From Candidatus Hydrogenedentota bacterium (GTDB lineage Bacteria; Hydrogenedentota; Hydrogenedentia; Hydrogenedentales; SLHB01): DNA of 64,000 nt. Below are positions 48,328-58,504 of the stretch, piece by piece. The DNA is taken from contig BTWA01000006.1 in NCBI GenBank assembly GCA_045863295.1, forward strand, positions 96,001 to 160,000, given 5' to 3'. The stretch's first letter is position 1, and each line of letters opens with the position of its first letter. Made by a program: the position numbers and the translations under genes. Below the pieces are notes generated by a model, which made no database searches, was not told the origin of the DNA, and saw only the letters and a program-made list of their open reading frames with translations.

Positions 48328-49260
48328 ATGGCTGACCCTCTTATAAAACCCGTGCCGAAGCGTTTTCCGGAGTGGATTAAGCGTGCTTGGGCGTCCGGGC
48401 AGGATTTTTCGTTCACCAAGGATTTGGTGGAGGGATTGGACCTGCACACGGTGTGCCAGAGTGCGCGGTGTCCGAATATGGCGGAGTGTTGGTCGCGGCG
48501 GACAGCGACGTTGATGATTTTGGGGAATACGTGCACGCGGGCGTGCCGGTATTGTTCCGTGCCGAGCGGGAAAGATGGCGATGCCATCGACGCGCGGGAG
48601 CCGACGCATGTGGCGGAGGCGGTGGCGAAGATGCAGTTGCGCCACGCGGTGATTACCTCCGTGACGAGGGATGATTTGCCGGACGGCGGCGCGGGCCACA
48701 TTGCGGAGACTGTGCGGGCGATTCGGGCGTTGTGTCCGGCGACGACGATTGAGCTGCTGGTGCCGGATTTTCTGGGCAACGCGGCGGCGATTGATGTGGT
48801 GTTGGCGAGTCAGCCGGATGTGTTTGGTCACAACATTGAGACGGTGGAGCCCCTCTACCCCACAGTGCGCGGGAAGCGGCTAGATTACCGGGACGCGTTG
48901 CGGGTGCTGCGGCGAGCTTCGGAGCACCGCCCGGCGGTGATCGTGAAGTCGGCGTTCATGGTGGGCCACGGAGAGACAGAGGACGATATCCAGTCGACCT
49001 TGGTGGATTTGCGGGAGGCCGGCGTCGAAGCGGTAGCCATTGGACAATACTTACGGCCTACGCCGAAGCAGCGCGAAGTGGCGGAGTTTGTTCATCCGGA
49101 CCGTTTCAAAGTAATCGAAGCACTGGCGTATGAATTGGGTTTTCTCTTCGCGGTTGCTGGGCCGTTTGTGCGTAGTTCATACCGATCGGAGGAGTTGATG
49201 GATGCACCGTTCGCGCGCGATCGGCGACGAGAGGCGGCTGCCATCGTGGGAGGAGACTGA
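48328..49260 (+). CDS. lipA: Lipoyl synthase
   Basis: TVCQSARCPNMAECW, CTRACRYC, ITSVTRDDL, HNIETV, GQYLRP, VRSSY. Confidence 0.97.
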   Translation: MADPLIKPVPKRFPEWIKRAWASGQDFSFTKDLVEGLDLHTVCQSARCPNMAECWSRRTATLMILGNTCTRACRYCSVPSGKDGDAIDAREPTHVAEAVAKMQLRHAVITSVTRDDLPDGGAGHIAETVRAIRALCPATTIELLVPDFLGNAAAIDVVLASQPDVFGHNIETVEPLYPTVRGKRLDYRDALRVLRRASEHRPAVIVKSAFMVGHGETEDDIQSTLVDLREAGVEAVAIGQYLRPTPKQREVAEFVHPDRFKVIEALAYELGFLFAVAGPFVRSSYRSEELMDAPFARDRRREAAAIVGGD

Positions 49261-49263
49261 GAC

Positions 49264-49503
49264 ATGGTCCAGGAGGTGAAACTGGAGAGCTTGGGCGAAG
49301 ACTCCAACGACAAGGCGACCGTGGCGTACCTGCTGGTGAAGCCGGGCGAGGCGGTCAACGAAGGCGACGATCTCCTTGAGTTGACCACGGATAAGGCGGT
49401 GTTCAGCGTGTCGAGTCCGTTTAACGGCGTTGTCGCGGGGTTCAAGGTGAATGAAGGCGACATGGTAGGTGTCGGCGACGTGTTATGCACGATTGACGTG
49501 TGA
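49264..49503 (+). CDS. Stand-alone lipoyl-domain protein
   Basis: VKPGEAVNEGDDLLELTTDKAVFSVSSPFNG..VNEGD; lipoyl-Lys in TDKA. Confidence 0.9.
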   Translation: MVQEVKLESLGEDSNDKATVAYLLVKPGEAVNEGDDLLELTTDKAVFSVSSPFNGVVAGFKVNEGDMVGVGDVLCTIDV

Positions 49504-49586
49504 CTGCGCATGGTTTGCAGATGGTATGGGTGGCGCCAGGGCGGCTTGTCCTGGCGACATTGTTGAACGGGAAGGTAAGGTAGCAG

Positions 49587-50870
49587 ATGCCCATCGGGGT
49601 TGGATTGATAGGCGCGGGGACCGTTGGCGGGGGCGTGATACAGACTTTGGCGGCCAACCGCGAAGTCATTCGGCAGCGCACCGGAGCGGACGTGGTCCTG
49701 AGGCACGCGGTGGACTTGGCACCGGAGCGGTTCGATGCGTTTCCGATGGACGGCGTGACTGTGGGCACGGATGCGATGGCGCTGATCAACGATCCTGGGG
49801 TACAGATTGTGGTGGAGTTGATCGGCGGACTGAAGCCGGCCAAGACGTTCATCCTCGAGGCACTCAAGGCGAAGAAAAATGTTGTGACGGCGAACAAGAT
49901 GCTGCTTGCGCACGACGGCCCCGAGTTGGTTCATGCGGCGAAGGAGAACGGCGTCGAATTGCGGTTTGAAGCGGCGGTTGCCGGTGGAATCCCCATTATC
50001 AAAGCGCTACGAGAAGGGTTGGTTTCGAATCATATCAAGCGCATTTACGGGATTTTGAACGGAACCTGCAACTACATCCTTTCCCGGATGTCGTATGAGG
50101 GTCTCGATTTCGACACAGTTCTCAAACAGGCGCAGGAAAAAGGATTTGCCGAGACCCCTCCTGATCTCGACATACTCGGCCATGACACGGCGCACAAGTG
50201 CCAGATCCTCGCCTCACTGGCGTTTGGCACAGAGATCGATTTGAACGACGTGTATGTCGAAGGAATCACGGGAATTACCCATGCAGATGTGGCGTATGCC
50301 ACCGAGATGGGGTACGTAATCAAACTGCTGGCCATCATCCAAGGGGGTAATGGGTCCATTGAGGCCCGAGTGCACCCCACGCTGGTGCCGGAGGACAAAC
50401 TGCTGGCCTCCGTGCGCAACGAGTTCAACGCCATCTATGTCGAGAGCGATATTGCCGACAAGACCCTGTATTACGGACGCGGCGCGGGCCGCATGCCCAC
50501 GGCGAGCGCCGTGGTGGCCGATATTGTGGATATTGCGCGGCGCGACGACAGTCCGGCGCCGGTGCCGTTCAATTACGGTCCAAAACTACCCGTGAAGGAC
50601 ATCGGCGATATTACCAGCCAATATTACTTGCGGTTGACGACGCACGACACTCCCGGAGTGCTCGGGCGGGTGTGCACAATATTGGGCGATCACGGCGTCA
50701 GCATCGCCTCGTGCATTCAAAAAGATCCACACGGCAGCGAATATTTGCCGGTGGTGCTTATGACACACGAAACTAAGGAATCCGCGTTGCAGGCGGCCGT
50801 CCAGCAGATCGATGGTCTCGATTCCATACCGGAATTGACGCATATGATACGCGTACTGGACGACGAGTAA
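49587..50870 (+). CDS. hom: Homoserine dehydrogenase with ACT domain
   Basis: GAGTVGGG, VVTANK, FEAAVAGGIP, GILNGTCN, GAGRMPTASAV, DTPGVLG. Confidence 0.96.
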   Translation: MPIGVGLIGAGTVGGGVIQTLAANREVIRQRTGADVVLRHAVDLAPERFDAFPMDGVTVGTDAMALINDPGVQIVVELIGGLKPAKTFILEALKAKKNVVTANKMLLAHDGPELVHAAKENGVELRFEAAVAGGIPIIKALREGLVSNHIKRIYGILNGTCNYILSRMSYEGLDFDTVLKQAQEKGFAETPPDLDILGHDTAHKCQILASLAFGTEIDLNDVYVEGITGITHADVAYATEMGYVIKLLAIIQGGNGSIEARVHPTLVPEDKLLASVRNEFNAIYVESDIADKTLYYGRGAGRMPTASAVVADIVDIARRDDSPAPVPFNYGPKLPVKDIGDITSQYYLRLTTHDTPGVLGRVCTILGDHGVSIASCIQKDPHGSEYLPVVLMTHETKESALQAAVQQIDGLDSIPELTHMIRVLDDE

Positions 50871-50926
50871 CGCATTAAATGCTGTTCTGGGCATATCTTT
50901 GCCGGTAAGCGAGAGGAAACTGGAAA

Positions 50927-52030
50927 GTGCGTATTCAGGGGGTTATTGAACGTTACCGGGAATACATGCCGGTGAGCGAGAAGACCTGCATTATCAGTCT
51001 GAACGAGGGGTCAACCCCTTTGATTCGGGCCTATAATCTCAGTCAAGCCATCAATCCCAAGCTGGACATATGGCTGAAGTACGAGGGATTGAATCCTACC
51101 GGGTCGTTCAAAGATCGCGGCATGACCATGGCCATCACCAAGGCCGTCGAGGACGGGTTCAAGGGGGTTATTTGTGCATCGACGGGAAACACCTCTGCAT
51201 CGGCAGCAGCGTATGCGGCCCGGGCGCGGATTTCCTGCGCCGTTCTGATCCCTGAGGGTAAAATCGCGCTTGGGAAGTTGAGTCAGGCGATGATCCACGG
51301 TGCCAAGGTAATTCAGATCAAGGGCAACTTTGATGATGCTCTAGACCTGGTGCGCGAGATTACCGAGAAGCACCCGATAGCATTGGTGAACTCGGTGAAT
51401 CCATATCGGATTGAGGGGCAGAAATCCGGCGCCTTCGAAATTGTCGACGACTTTGAGGGGGTCGCCCCCGATTTTCATTCGCTTCCTGTGGGCAACGCGG
51501 GGAATATCACGGCCTATTGGAAGGGGTATAAGGAATACCATGCGGCAGGAAAATGCCGCAATCTTCCCAAAATGATCGGGTTTCAGGCGGCTGGAGCGGC
51601 CCCGATTGTGCTGGGCCACCCGGTTAAGAATCCGCAGACCTATGCCACGGCCATCCGGATCGGAAACCCGGCGAGTTGGGAAACGGCGGTGGCGGCCCGG
51701 GATGAGTCTGGCGGCGTGATCGATATGGTTACGGACGAAGAGATCGCGGCGGCGTACAAGCTGGTCGCTTCCTGCGAGGGAATCTTTGCGGAGCCTGCCA
51801 GTGCAGCCTCGATTGCCGGCTTGATTAAGTTGTCCGGTAAAAATTACTTCCAGAATGTCACACCGATTGCAGGAGACAAGATTCGAGTCGTCTGTATTCT
51901 GACGGGCCACGGTCTCAAGGATCCGGATAGCGCGATCAAGTCTGCCGAGGCTCCCGTGACGGTAGAAGCCAATGAAGAGGCTGTTTTGGAGTCAATGGGG
52001 CTTTTTGAAACAGTTAGCATTTCAGAATAA
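50927..52030 (+). CDS. thrC: Threonine synthase
   Basis: [50 protein letters not shown]. Confidence 0.96.
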   Translation: MRIQGVIERYREYMPVSEKTCIISLNEGSTPLIRAYNLSQAINPKLDIWLKYEGLNPTGSFKDRGMTMAITKAVEDGFKGVICASTGNTSASAAAYAARARISCAVLIPEGKIALGKLSQAMIHGAKVIQIKGNFDDALDLVREITEKHPIALVNSVNPYRIEGQKSGAFEIVDDFEGVAPDFHSLPVGNAGNITAYWKGYKEYHAAGKCRNLPKMIGFQAAGAAPIVLGHPVKNPQTYATAIRIGNPASWETAVAARDESGGVIDMVTDEEIAAAYKLVASCEGIFAEPASAASIAGLIKLSGKNYFQNVTPIAGDKIRVVCILTGHGLKDPDSAIKSAEAPVTVEANEEAVLESMGLFETVSISE

Positions 52031-52200
52031 TCCCCAAAACAGAACTGACTTAAATCACTTGAAACAAATGGAAACGTCATGGGCCACTTATGTTTCCCGA
52101 ATGTGTTTCAAGTTGGTTTTCCCAGGCAAGCTTCGCTAGTTTATTTTCCTATGAGATGCATAAACTAATGTCTTTGAGTGACTTGCGAGGATAGAAGACA

Positions 52201-52863
52201 ATGCCTTATGGTCTGGTATTTGATATGGACGGAGTTTTGGCCGATACGGAGGATTTGATAGCACGCGCTTCCATAGCCATGTTTAAAGAACTTTACAATA
52301 TCGATATGATTTTTGAAGACTTTCGCCCCTTCATTGGCACAGGGGCTGTGCGTTATGTCCTTGGGCCGGCTGAGAACAAGGGGATTAGGGTCGATCTGGA
52401 AAAGGCTCTCGAAGTCCGCCTGCGCAACTTTGTAGCGCTTTTGGATGCTGGAGAATGCAAGCCTTTTCCCGGTGCCCATGCCTTGATTGATGCCGCCTAT
52501 AACCATCCGGAATGGAAATTGGCGATTGCCACGTCCAGTCCCGGCCCCAAGGCGATTGAGACCCTGAACTCGGTCAACATCGATGTCACGAAATTCGACG
52601 CTTTCATTCACGGCGACCTGATTACGCACAAGAAGCCACATCCCGAAATCTACGAGACCGCGGCGAGAACCTTGGGGATTCCCCCTTCGCGATGCATTGC
52701 CATCGAAGATGCGGTCACGGGTACCGCTTCGGCCAAGGCCGCCGGTATGACCTGCATTGCCGTGACGAACTCATTTTCACCCGAGGAATTGGCTGAGGCG
52801 GATACGATCACACATTCATTGACGGAGCTTAGCCTCGAGAGATTGGAGGGCTTTTTTCAGTAG
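52201..52863 (+). CDS. HAD-superfamily phosphatase (IA, beta-PGM-like)
   Basis: FDMDGVLADT, ATSS, KKPHPEIY, IEDAVTG. Confidence 0.92.
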   Translation: MPYGLVFDMDGVLADTEDLIARASIAMFKELYNIDMIFEDFRPFIGTGAVRYVLGPAENKGIRVDLEKALEVRLRNFVALLDAGECKPFPGAHALIDAAYNHPEWKLAIATSSPGPKAIETLNSVNIDVTKFDAFIHGDLITHKKPHPEIYETAARTLGIPPSRCIAIEDAVTGTASAKAAGMTCIAVTNSFSPEELAEADTITHSLTELSLERLEGFFQ

Positions 52864-52969
52864 TCCCTTCCAGCGTTCGCGAAGGTGCGTTTTCCCTCCT
52901 TTGTTTGGTACTGTCCAATTGCCGGTCGCGTGTGATCGATTACATCATCCATCCTGAGGAGAGCGAATC

Positions 52970-54955
52970 GTGTTACGAGTGGTATTGGTTTCTCTGTTTT
53001 TACTTCCCCTCGCCTATTCAGAATTCCCAATGACCTGGCGGCTTGAGGAGCGGCCCCCGTTGGCTAATGTGGTGGGTCCTCTTCGGATTCGGGATCATCA
53101 GTCGCGCGGCGATGGCGCCTCTCAACCGAGGTTGCCTATTCCTGACGTGCCTGTCCTTGAGCATGTCCGTGGGGTCGCGACGGATGCCGACTGGCCAACG
53201 TCCGAAGCGGCTGTCGCACTACCGGGTGGCCTGGACGGGAAATCGATTACGGCGTCAGCAAAAGATTCCAAGGGCACAACATTCGCCGGTACCGCCGACG
53301 GGTTGTATATTCACAACGGTCAGACCTGGTCCCGCCACGCTACCTATGGAACCAATGGTCCGAGGTCAAACGTCATTTCCGGACTTGCCGTCGATTCCAA
53401 AGACATTCTTTGGGTGACTACGCCGGGGGGCCTCAGCAAGCGGGATCCTGGGGGTGTTTGGACCTCGGTGTTGGGACGGGACGGATTGCCCTGGGAGGAA
53501 CTGACGTGTATTGCGCTCGGTGCGGACGACGCCATCTGGCTGGGCAGCACGCGAGGCCTCATCCTGCACACTCCCTATGATAAAGGCAGACAGTGGTACT
53601 ACCGGGCGGGGGAACGTTACCTGCCAGGGGACTTGGTGAGTGCGGTGGCAGTGTCGGCCGATGGTAAGAGTGTGTTTGCGAAGACCGACAAGGGCATTGG
53701 CCGCATCGATTTTGTGCTGAGGACGATGTACGACAAGGCCGAGGCCATTCAGCAACGGTTTGAAGAACGGCATCGCCGTTTGGGTATGCCCTCTCCTGCC
53801 CAATACAAAGACGCTACCTTGCAGGAGTGGACGCATGGCCCGCAGCCCAGCGACGGATTGTGGACCGGCTATCATGTGGCCGCGATGAGCATGGCGTATT
53901 CCGTCACGAAGGAGGAGCGCTATCGCGAGGCGGCGAAGAAGGGTATGGACGCGCTGTACCTGCTGCAGAACGTGACCGGGATCAAAGGGTTGGTGGCACG
54001 GAGCGTCATCGAAATTGGGGAGCCCTACACGGCCGAAGCGGAGAAGCAGGAAAACTGGCACAAAACGGCCGACGGCAAATACATGTGGCGCGATGATGTT
54101 TCGTCCGATCAAATAGACGGCCACTATCTGGGTTTCTATACCTATTACGAACACATCGCCAAACACGATCCCGAGGAGAAGTCCAAACTTGCGGCACAGA
54201 TCCGGCAGGTGACGGATTACATTGTCGACAATGGGTATACGATTCCCGATTGGGATGGCGAGCGGACCCAGTGGGGCTGGTACGACCCACACCGGCTTAA
54301 CAACGAGCCGATGCACTATCTGGAAAGCGGCCTATATGCGCTGATGATCCTGTCGCATTTGAAAGTGGCGTATTATGTGACGGGCGATGACAAATACCTG
54401 AACGAATTCAAGTCGCTGATTCTCGAGCATGGCTACCTCAGCAACCTATTGTTGGAAAAGAAGTTGTTTCCCGACGAATTGAATCATTCCGACGATCAGT
54501 TGTCGGCGGTGGCCTACTATCCGATTCTCCAACTGGAGGAAGATCCCATTATTGTAGAAACACTTCATCGTGCTTGCCGGCGCCATGCGCGAATTGAACT
54601 ACCGGAGCGGAATTCCTTTTTCGCGTTCACGTATGCGACGCTCAATCCGCAAGATGCCGATGTCGAAGGCGGCGTGCGGACGCTGCGCGAAATGCCGCTG
54701 GATCGCCGCAACTGGGGCATGGTGAATTCACACCGGGCAGATGTGATGATTGCTCCGCGCGACAACCGCGGCGGCAACGACATTCTGATCGAAGTCCTGC
54801 CTGCAGACGAGCGCAATTTCGAGCGATGGAATCAGGATCCCTACGAATCGGATTCAAACGGCGATGGGTTGAACGAGGGATCCGGTGAGCACTATCTTTT
54901 GCCCTACTGGATGGGCCGATTCCACGGGCTGATTGCAGCACCGGCCGGCCAGTAG
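52970..54955 (+). CDS. Hypothetical exported protein: beta-propeller repeats plus a helical-barrel-like domain
   Basis: Signal peptide; repeats LAVDSKDILWVTTPGGL and IALGADDAIWLGSTRGL; DGLWTG, DDVSSDQIDGH, YLLPYWMGRF. Confidence 0.75.
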   Translation: MLRVVLVSLFLLPLAYSEFPMTWRLEERPPLANVVGPLRIRDHQSRGDGASQPRLPIPDVPVLEHVRGVATDADWPTSEAAVALPGGLDGKSITASAKDSKGTTFAGTADGLYIHNGQTWSRHATYGTNGPRSNVISGLAVDSKDILWVTTPGGLSKRDPGGVWTSVLGRDGLPWEELTCIALGADDAIWLGSTRGLILHTPYDKGRQWYYRAGERYLPGDLVSAVAVSADGKSVFAKTDKGIGRIDFVLRTMYDKAEAIQQRFEERHRRLGMPSPAQYKDATLQEWTHGPQPSDGLWTGYHVAAMSMAYSVTKEERYREAAKKGMDALYLLQNVTGIKGLVARSVIEIGEPYTAEAEKQENWHKTADGKYMWRDDVSSDQIDGHYLGFYTYYEHIAKHDPEEKSKLAAQIRQVTDYIVDNGYTIPDWDGERTQWGWYDPHRLNNEPMHYLESGLYALMILSHLKVAYYVTGDDKYLNEFKSLILEHGYLSNLLLEKKLFPDELNHSDDQLSAVAYYPILQLEEDPIIVETLHRACRRHARIELPERNSFFAFTYATLNPQDADVEGGVRTLREMPLDRRNWGMVNSHRADVMIAPRDNRGGNDILIEVLPADERNFERWNQDPYESDSNGDGLNEGSGEHYLLPYWMGRFHGLIAAPAGQ

Positions 54956-55019
54956 CGAAGTTTGTTAACCGGATGGATACTTGAGCAGCCTAAACCTTGT
55001 CATTAAAAGGGGAAGAATC

Positions 55020-56114
55020 ATGGTGCGTTTGTCGATGCTGTCGTTGATATGCATGGCGGGGCTTGCGGCCGTCGCTGATGTCTCAATGGTTCCCGCCGAA
55101 CACGGTACGGTGTTCCGTGAAACCGGACGCTTTGGCGGATGGCCCGCGAACAACGGGATCTGGATATGGGATAACGAAATTGTGGTGGGGTTCACGCTCG
55201 GCTACCTGAAAATCGAGGGCGCGACCGGACACCCCATCGATCGCGATCGCCCTTCCGAATCGATGCTGGCGCGCAGTCTGGACGGTGGGGTAACGTGGAG
55301 CATAGAGAAACCTTCGTTCGCTCTGGAAAAAACAGACGGGTCGGACGCCACCGAATGCCCGGGGGGACTTGATTTCACCAATCCCAATTCCGCGTTGCGG
55401 TTTAAAATGAACGTTTTTTACTACTCGCCCGATCGGTGCAAGACATGGCAGGGGCCGTTCAAAATTCCTTCTTTCGATCGCCCGGGGATGCTTGCCCGCA
55501 CGGACTACATGGTTCAAGGCAAACACGAACTCGTTGCATTCATGGCGGCGGAGAAAGATGACGGCAAGGAAGGGTGGCCTTGTGCAATCAAGACGACGGA
55601 CGGGGGCAAGACTTGGGAGCTGTTGGGATACATTGGTACCATGCCGGAATCCGGCGGCTACTCCATTATGCCTTCCACGCTGGAGATGAAAAATGGTTCG
55701 TGGCTTTCCATCATTCGGCGGCGCACGCGCATTGAAGGCGGTTCCATCTGGTGGATTGAAGGATACCTTTCTCCGGACAAGGGAAAGAGTTGGTACCTGC
55801 TGAAAGAACCCTATGTGGACAATCGAGGTAATCCGGCATCGATGATTCGCTTACAGGATGGCCGGATCGCCATGACCTATGGATTCCGTGGGGAGCCCTA
55901 CGGCATCCGGGTGCGGTTCAGTAAGGACGAAGGACAGACCTGGGGCCCAGAGCATATTATTCAGGACAAAGGCGGGGACTGGGACATTGGCTATCCCCGC
56001 ACCGTGCAGCGGCCGGACGGCAAATGTTTTACCGCCTATTATTTCAATGACGAGCCGGAAGGCGAACGCTATATTGCTTACAGCATTTGGGATCCGAGTG
56101 CGGTGAAGGAATAG
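55020..56114 (+). CDS. Exported sialidase/BNR-repeat protein
   Basis: Asp-boxes SLDGGVTW, SPDRCKTW, TTDGGKTW, SPDKGKSW, SKDEGQTW; DIGYP. Confidence 0.88.
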   Translation: MVRLSMLSLICMAGLAAVADVSMVPAEHGTVFRETGRFGGWPANNGIWIWDNEIVVGFTLGYLKIEGATGHPIDRDRPSESMLARSLDGGVTWSIEKPSFALEKTDGSDATECPGGLDFTNPNSALRFKMNVFYYSPDRCKTWQGPFKIPSFDRPGMLARTDYMVQGKHELVAFMAAEKDDGKEGWPCAIKTTDGGKTWELLGYIGTMPESGGYSIMPSTLEMKNGSWLSIIRRRTRIEGGSIWWIEGYLSPDKGKSWYLLKEPYVDNRGNPASMIRLQDGRIAMTYGFRGEPYGIRVRFSKDEGQTWGPEHIIQDKGGDWDIGYPRTVQRPDGKCFTAYYFNDEPEGERYIAYSIWDPSAVKE

Positions 56115-56122
56115 GACAACGC

Positions 56123-58504
56123 ATGTTGTTTCGAGCGGGAATAGTCACACTGGCGATACTGGCGGGATGCGCCGCACAGGCCGTTGAGGTAACCTTCTCT
56201 TGGCGCGGTCTGAACCGCACCTGGATTGGACCGGACTTCTGGGCCAACCGGTTGCAAGACTGGCAGGTCGCGAACGATCGTTTGGAGTGTGTTGAGGGCG
56301 ATGCGAAGTTTCCCTATCGCACCGTGCATGCCCTGACGTATCGACTGAGCGATAAACCAGGGAGAGCCACGCTCAAGGCGGTGATTGGCCCAATCAATCC
56401 GTCCGATGGTGAGATCCTTCCTGGTTTTGCCGGTTTCCTATTCGGTGCAGGAAATTCATCGATTGATCCCCGCTTGACCGCGCTTGTTCATCAACGGCCG
56501 GCGACGGATGGTGGATTGCTGGCTGTGGTCGATCGGGCGGCCCGGATACGGTTCTACGACTTCAGCGTGGACGGCGTCCAAGCGAAGGAATTGGGTCCGG
56601 ATGGGGCGGCGGCAGCCCCAGCGATGGCGAACTTGAAGGGAAAGGAAGTACAGCTTGCTGTGGAGATTGTGCATGAAGACAGCGGCATTCGCATTCATGC
56701 ACTTCTCCTGGACGCGACGACCGGCGAGACTATCAACGAACGACGCCTCTCCGGACTGGGATCCGAATTTGCCGATGGCGGGATTGCGCTGCTTTCGCAT
56801 CTGGATGGAAGCGGAGCGGATGGCGGATTTTACTTCCGCGAGTGGGCGATGGAAGGCGACAAGATAGCGCATATGCCGGCATTTGCGTTTGGCCCCATCA
56901 TGGCAGTGCAATATACCGTTCAGAATCACCTGTTGAAGTTGACAGCGCAGTCGGTTCCGTTGGGGGCTGGAGACTCTCAGACCGCCGACCTGCAAGTTCT
57001 GGACGCGTTTAAGAATGAGTGGCGGACGGTCGCGACTGCCCATTTGACGCCCTTGAGTTGTACCTTTCCTTTTCGGGTCGAAAACTGGGATAGCCAGACG
57101 TCACAATCGTTTCGCATTCTCTATCCGCTTTCCGGCGATGGTGGGACCGTGCGATCGGCAGCCTATGAAGGAACCATTGTGCTGGATCCTGTTGAGCGGG
57201 ACAACTTCGTGGTCGCGGCCTTTACGGGACACAAATGCTTTACGGAACAGTGGCATTGGAATCACAACGGCATTTGGTTTCCCCATCGCGAGGTCGTCGA
57301 TGGTGTCGCGCATTTCAGACCCGATTTGCTTTTCTTTTCAGGCGACCAGATTTATGAAGGTGACTTAACTCCTCCCGATCGACGCAGTCTCGACAAGTCC
57401 ATGCTCGACTATTTGTACAAATGGTACCGGTGGTGTTGGGCTTTTGGCGAACTTTCCCGGACTACGCCGTGCATTTGCATTCCTGACGATCACGATGTGT
57501 ATCACGGCAACATCTGGGGTGCGGGCGGGCGGCATGCGGAGAAACAAGACGACGGCGGCTACACCATGCCCGCCGAGTTCGTGAATGCCGTGCAACGCAC
57601 TCAGACTTCGCACCTGCCTGACCCCTATGATCCCACGCCGGTAGAGCAGGGAATTGGCGTCTATTACACTGCGCTAAACTATGGCGGTGTCAGTTTTGCG
57701 GTAATTGAAGATCGGAAATGGAAGAGTTCTCCCACGGTGGCTGCGCCTGAATGTCAGTTTGTGAATGGGTGGCCGCAGAATCCCGATTGCGATCCCGTAA
57801 CCGATGCGGATGTGCCTGGCGCGGAGTTGCTTGGAGAACGGCAATTGGCGTTCCTGGATACGTGGGCCACGGACGGTGCGGGCGTCTTCAAGGCTGTTCT
57901 TTCACAGACTATATTTGCCAATGTTGCGACTCTTCCCGGCGGCGCCATGGGCGATCAGGTGTTACCCAAAACACCCATGTATGCGCCTGACTTCTATCCC
58001 ACCGATTGGCAGTTGGCGGAGGACGCGGATTCCAATGGATGGCCGCAGACGGGACGCAACAAGGCGTTGGAGGCCATGCGCAAGGGTCACGCGGTGCACA
58101 TCGCAGGCGACCAGCATTTGGGTAGCGTAATCCAATACGGTATTCGCGAGTTTGGGGATGCCGGGTATGCGTTCTGCGTGCCTTCGATTGCCAATACGTG
58201 GCCGCGCCGCTGGTTTCCGCCGCAGCCCGGCGCGAATCCTCTCCCCCATTCCCCCCGGAATACCGGCGATTTTCTGGACGGCTTCGGAAACCGCATGACT
58301 GTTTTCGCGGTGTCGAATCCATCCCTAACCGGGGTGGAGCCGGTCGCGTTGCACGATCGCGCGCCAGGTTACGGGATCGTGCGATTCGACAAGGCGGCGA
58401 AGACAGTCACTTTTGAATGTTGGCCTCGATCCAGTAATCCCACGCAGCCGGACGCACCGCAGTACCCGGGTTGGCCCGTTACGGTGAAGCCGTTCGAGGA
58501 CTAA
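56123..58504 (+). CDS. PhoD-family phosphatase/phosphodiesterase, possible lipoprotein
   Basis: LAGC; FSGDQIYE, PDDHDV, EDRKWK, LLGERQ, DSNGWP, AGDQH. Confidence 0.88.
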   Translation: MLFRAGIVTLAILAGCAAQAVEVTFSWRGLNRTWIGPDFWANRLQDWQVANDRLECVEGDAKFPYRTVHALTYRLSDKPGRATLKAVIGPINPSDGEILPGFAGFLFGAGNSSIDPRLTALVHQRPATDGGLLAVVDRAARIRFYDFSVDGVQAKELGPDGAAAAPAMANLKGKEVQLAVEIVHEDSGIRIHALLLDATTGETINERRLSGLGSEFADGGIALLSHLDGSGADGGFYFREWAMEGDKIAHMPAFAFGPIMAVQYTVQNHLLKLTAQSVPLGAGDSQTADLQVLDAFKNEWRTVATAHLTPLSCTFPFRVENWDSQTSQSFRILYPLSGDGGTVRSAAYEGTIVLDPVERDNFVVAAFTGHKCFTEQWHWNHNGIWFPHREVVDGVAHFRPDLLFFSGDQIYEGDLTPPDRRSLDKSMLDYLYKWYRWCWAFGELSRTTPCICIPDDHDVYHGNIWGAGGRHAEKQDDGGYTMPAEFVNAVQRTQTSHLPDPYDPTPVEQGIGVYYTALNYGGVSFAVIEDRKWKSSPTVAAPECQFVNGWPQNPDCDPVTDADVPGAELLGERQLAFLDTWATDGAGVFKAVLSQTIFANVATLPGGAMGDQVLPKTPMYAPDFYPTDWQLAEDADSNGWPQTGRNKALEAMRKGHAVHIAGDQHLGSVIQYGIREFGDAGYAFCVPSIANTWPRRWFPPQPGANPLPHSPRNTGDFLDGFGNRMTVFAVSNPSLTGVEPVALHDRAPGYGIVRFDKAAKTVTFECWPRSSNPTQPDAPQYPGWPVTVKPFED

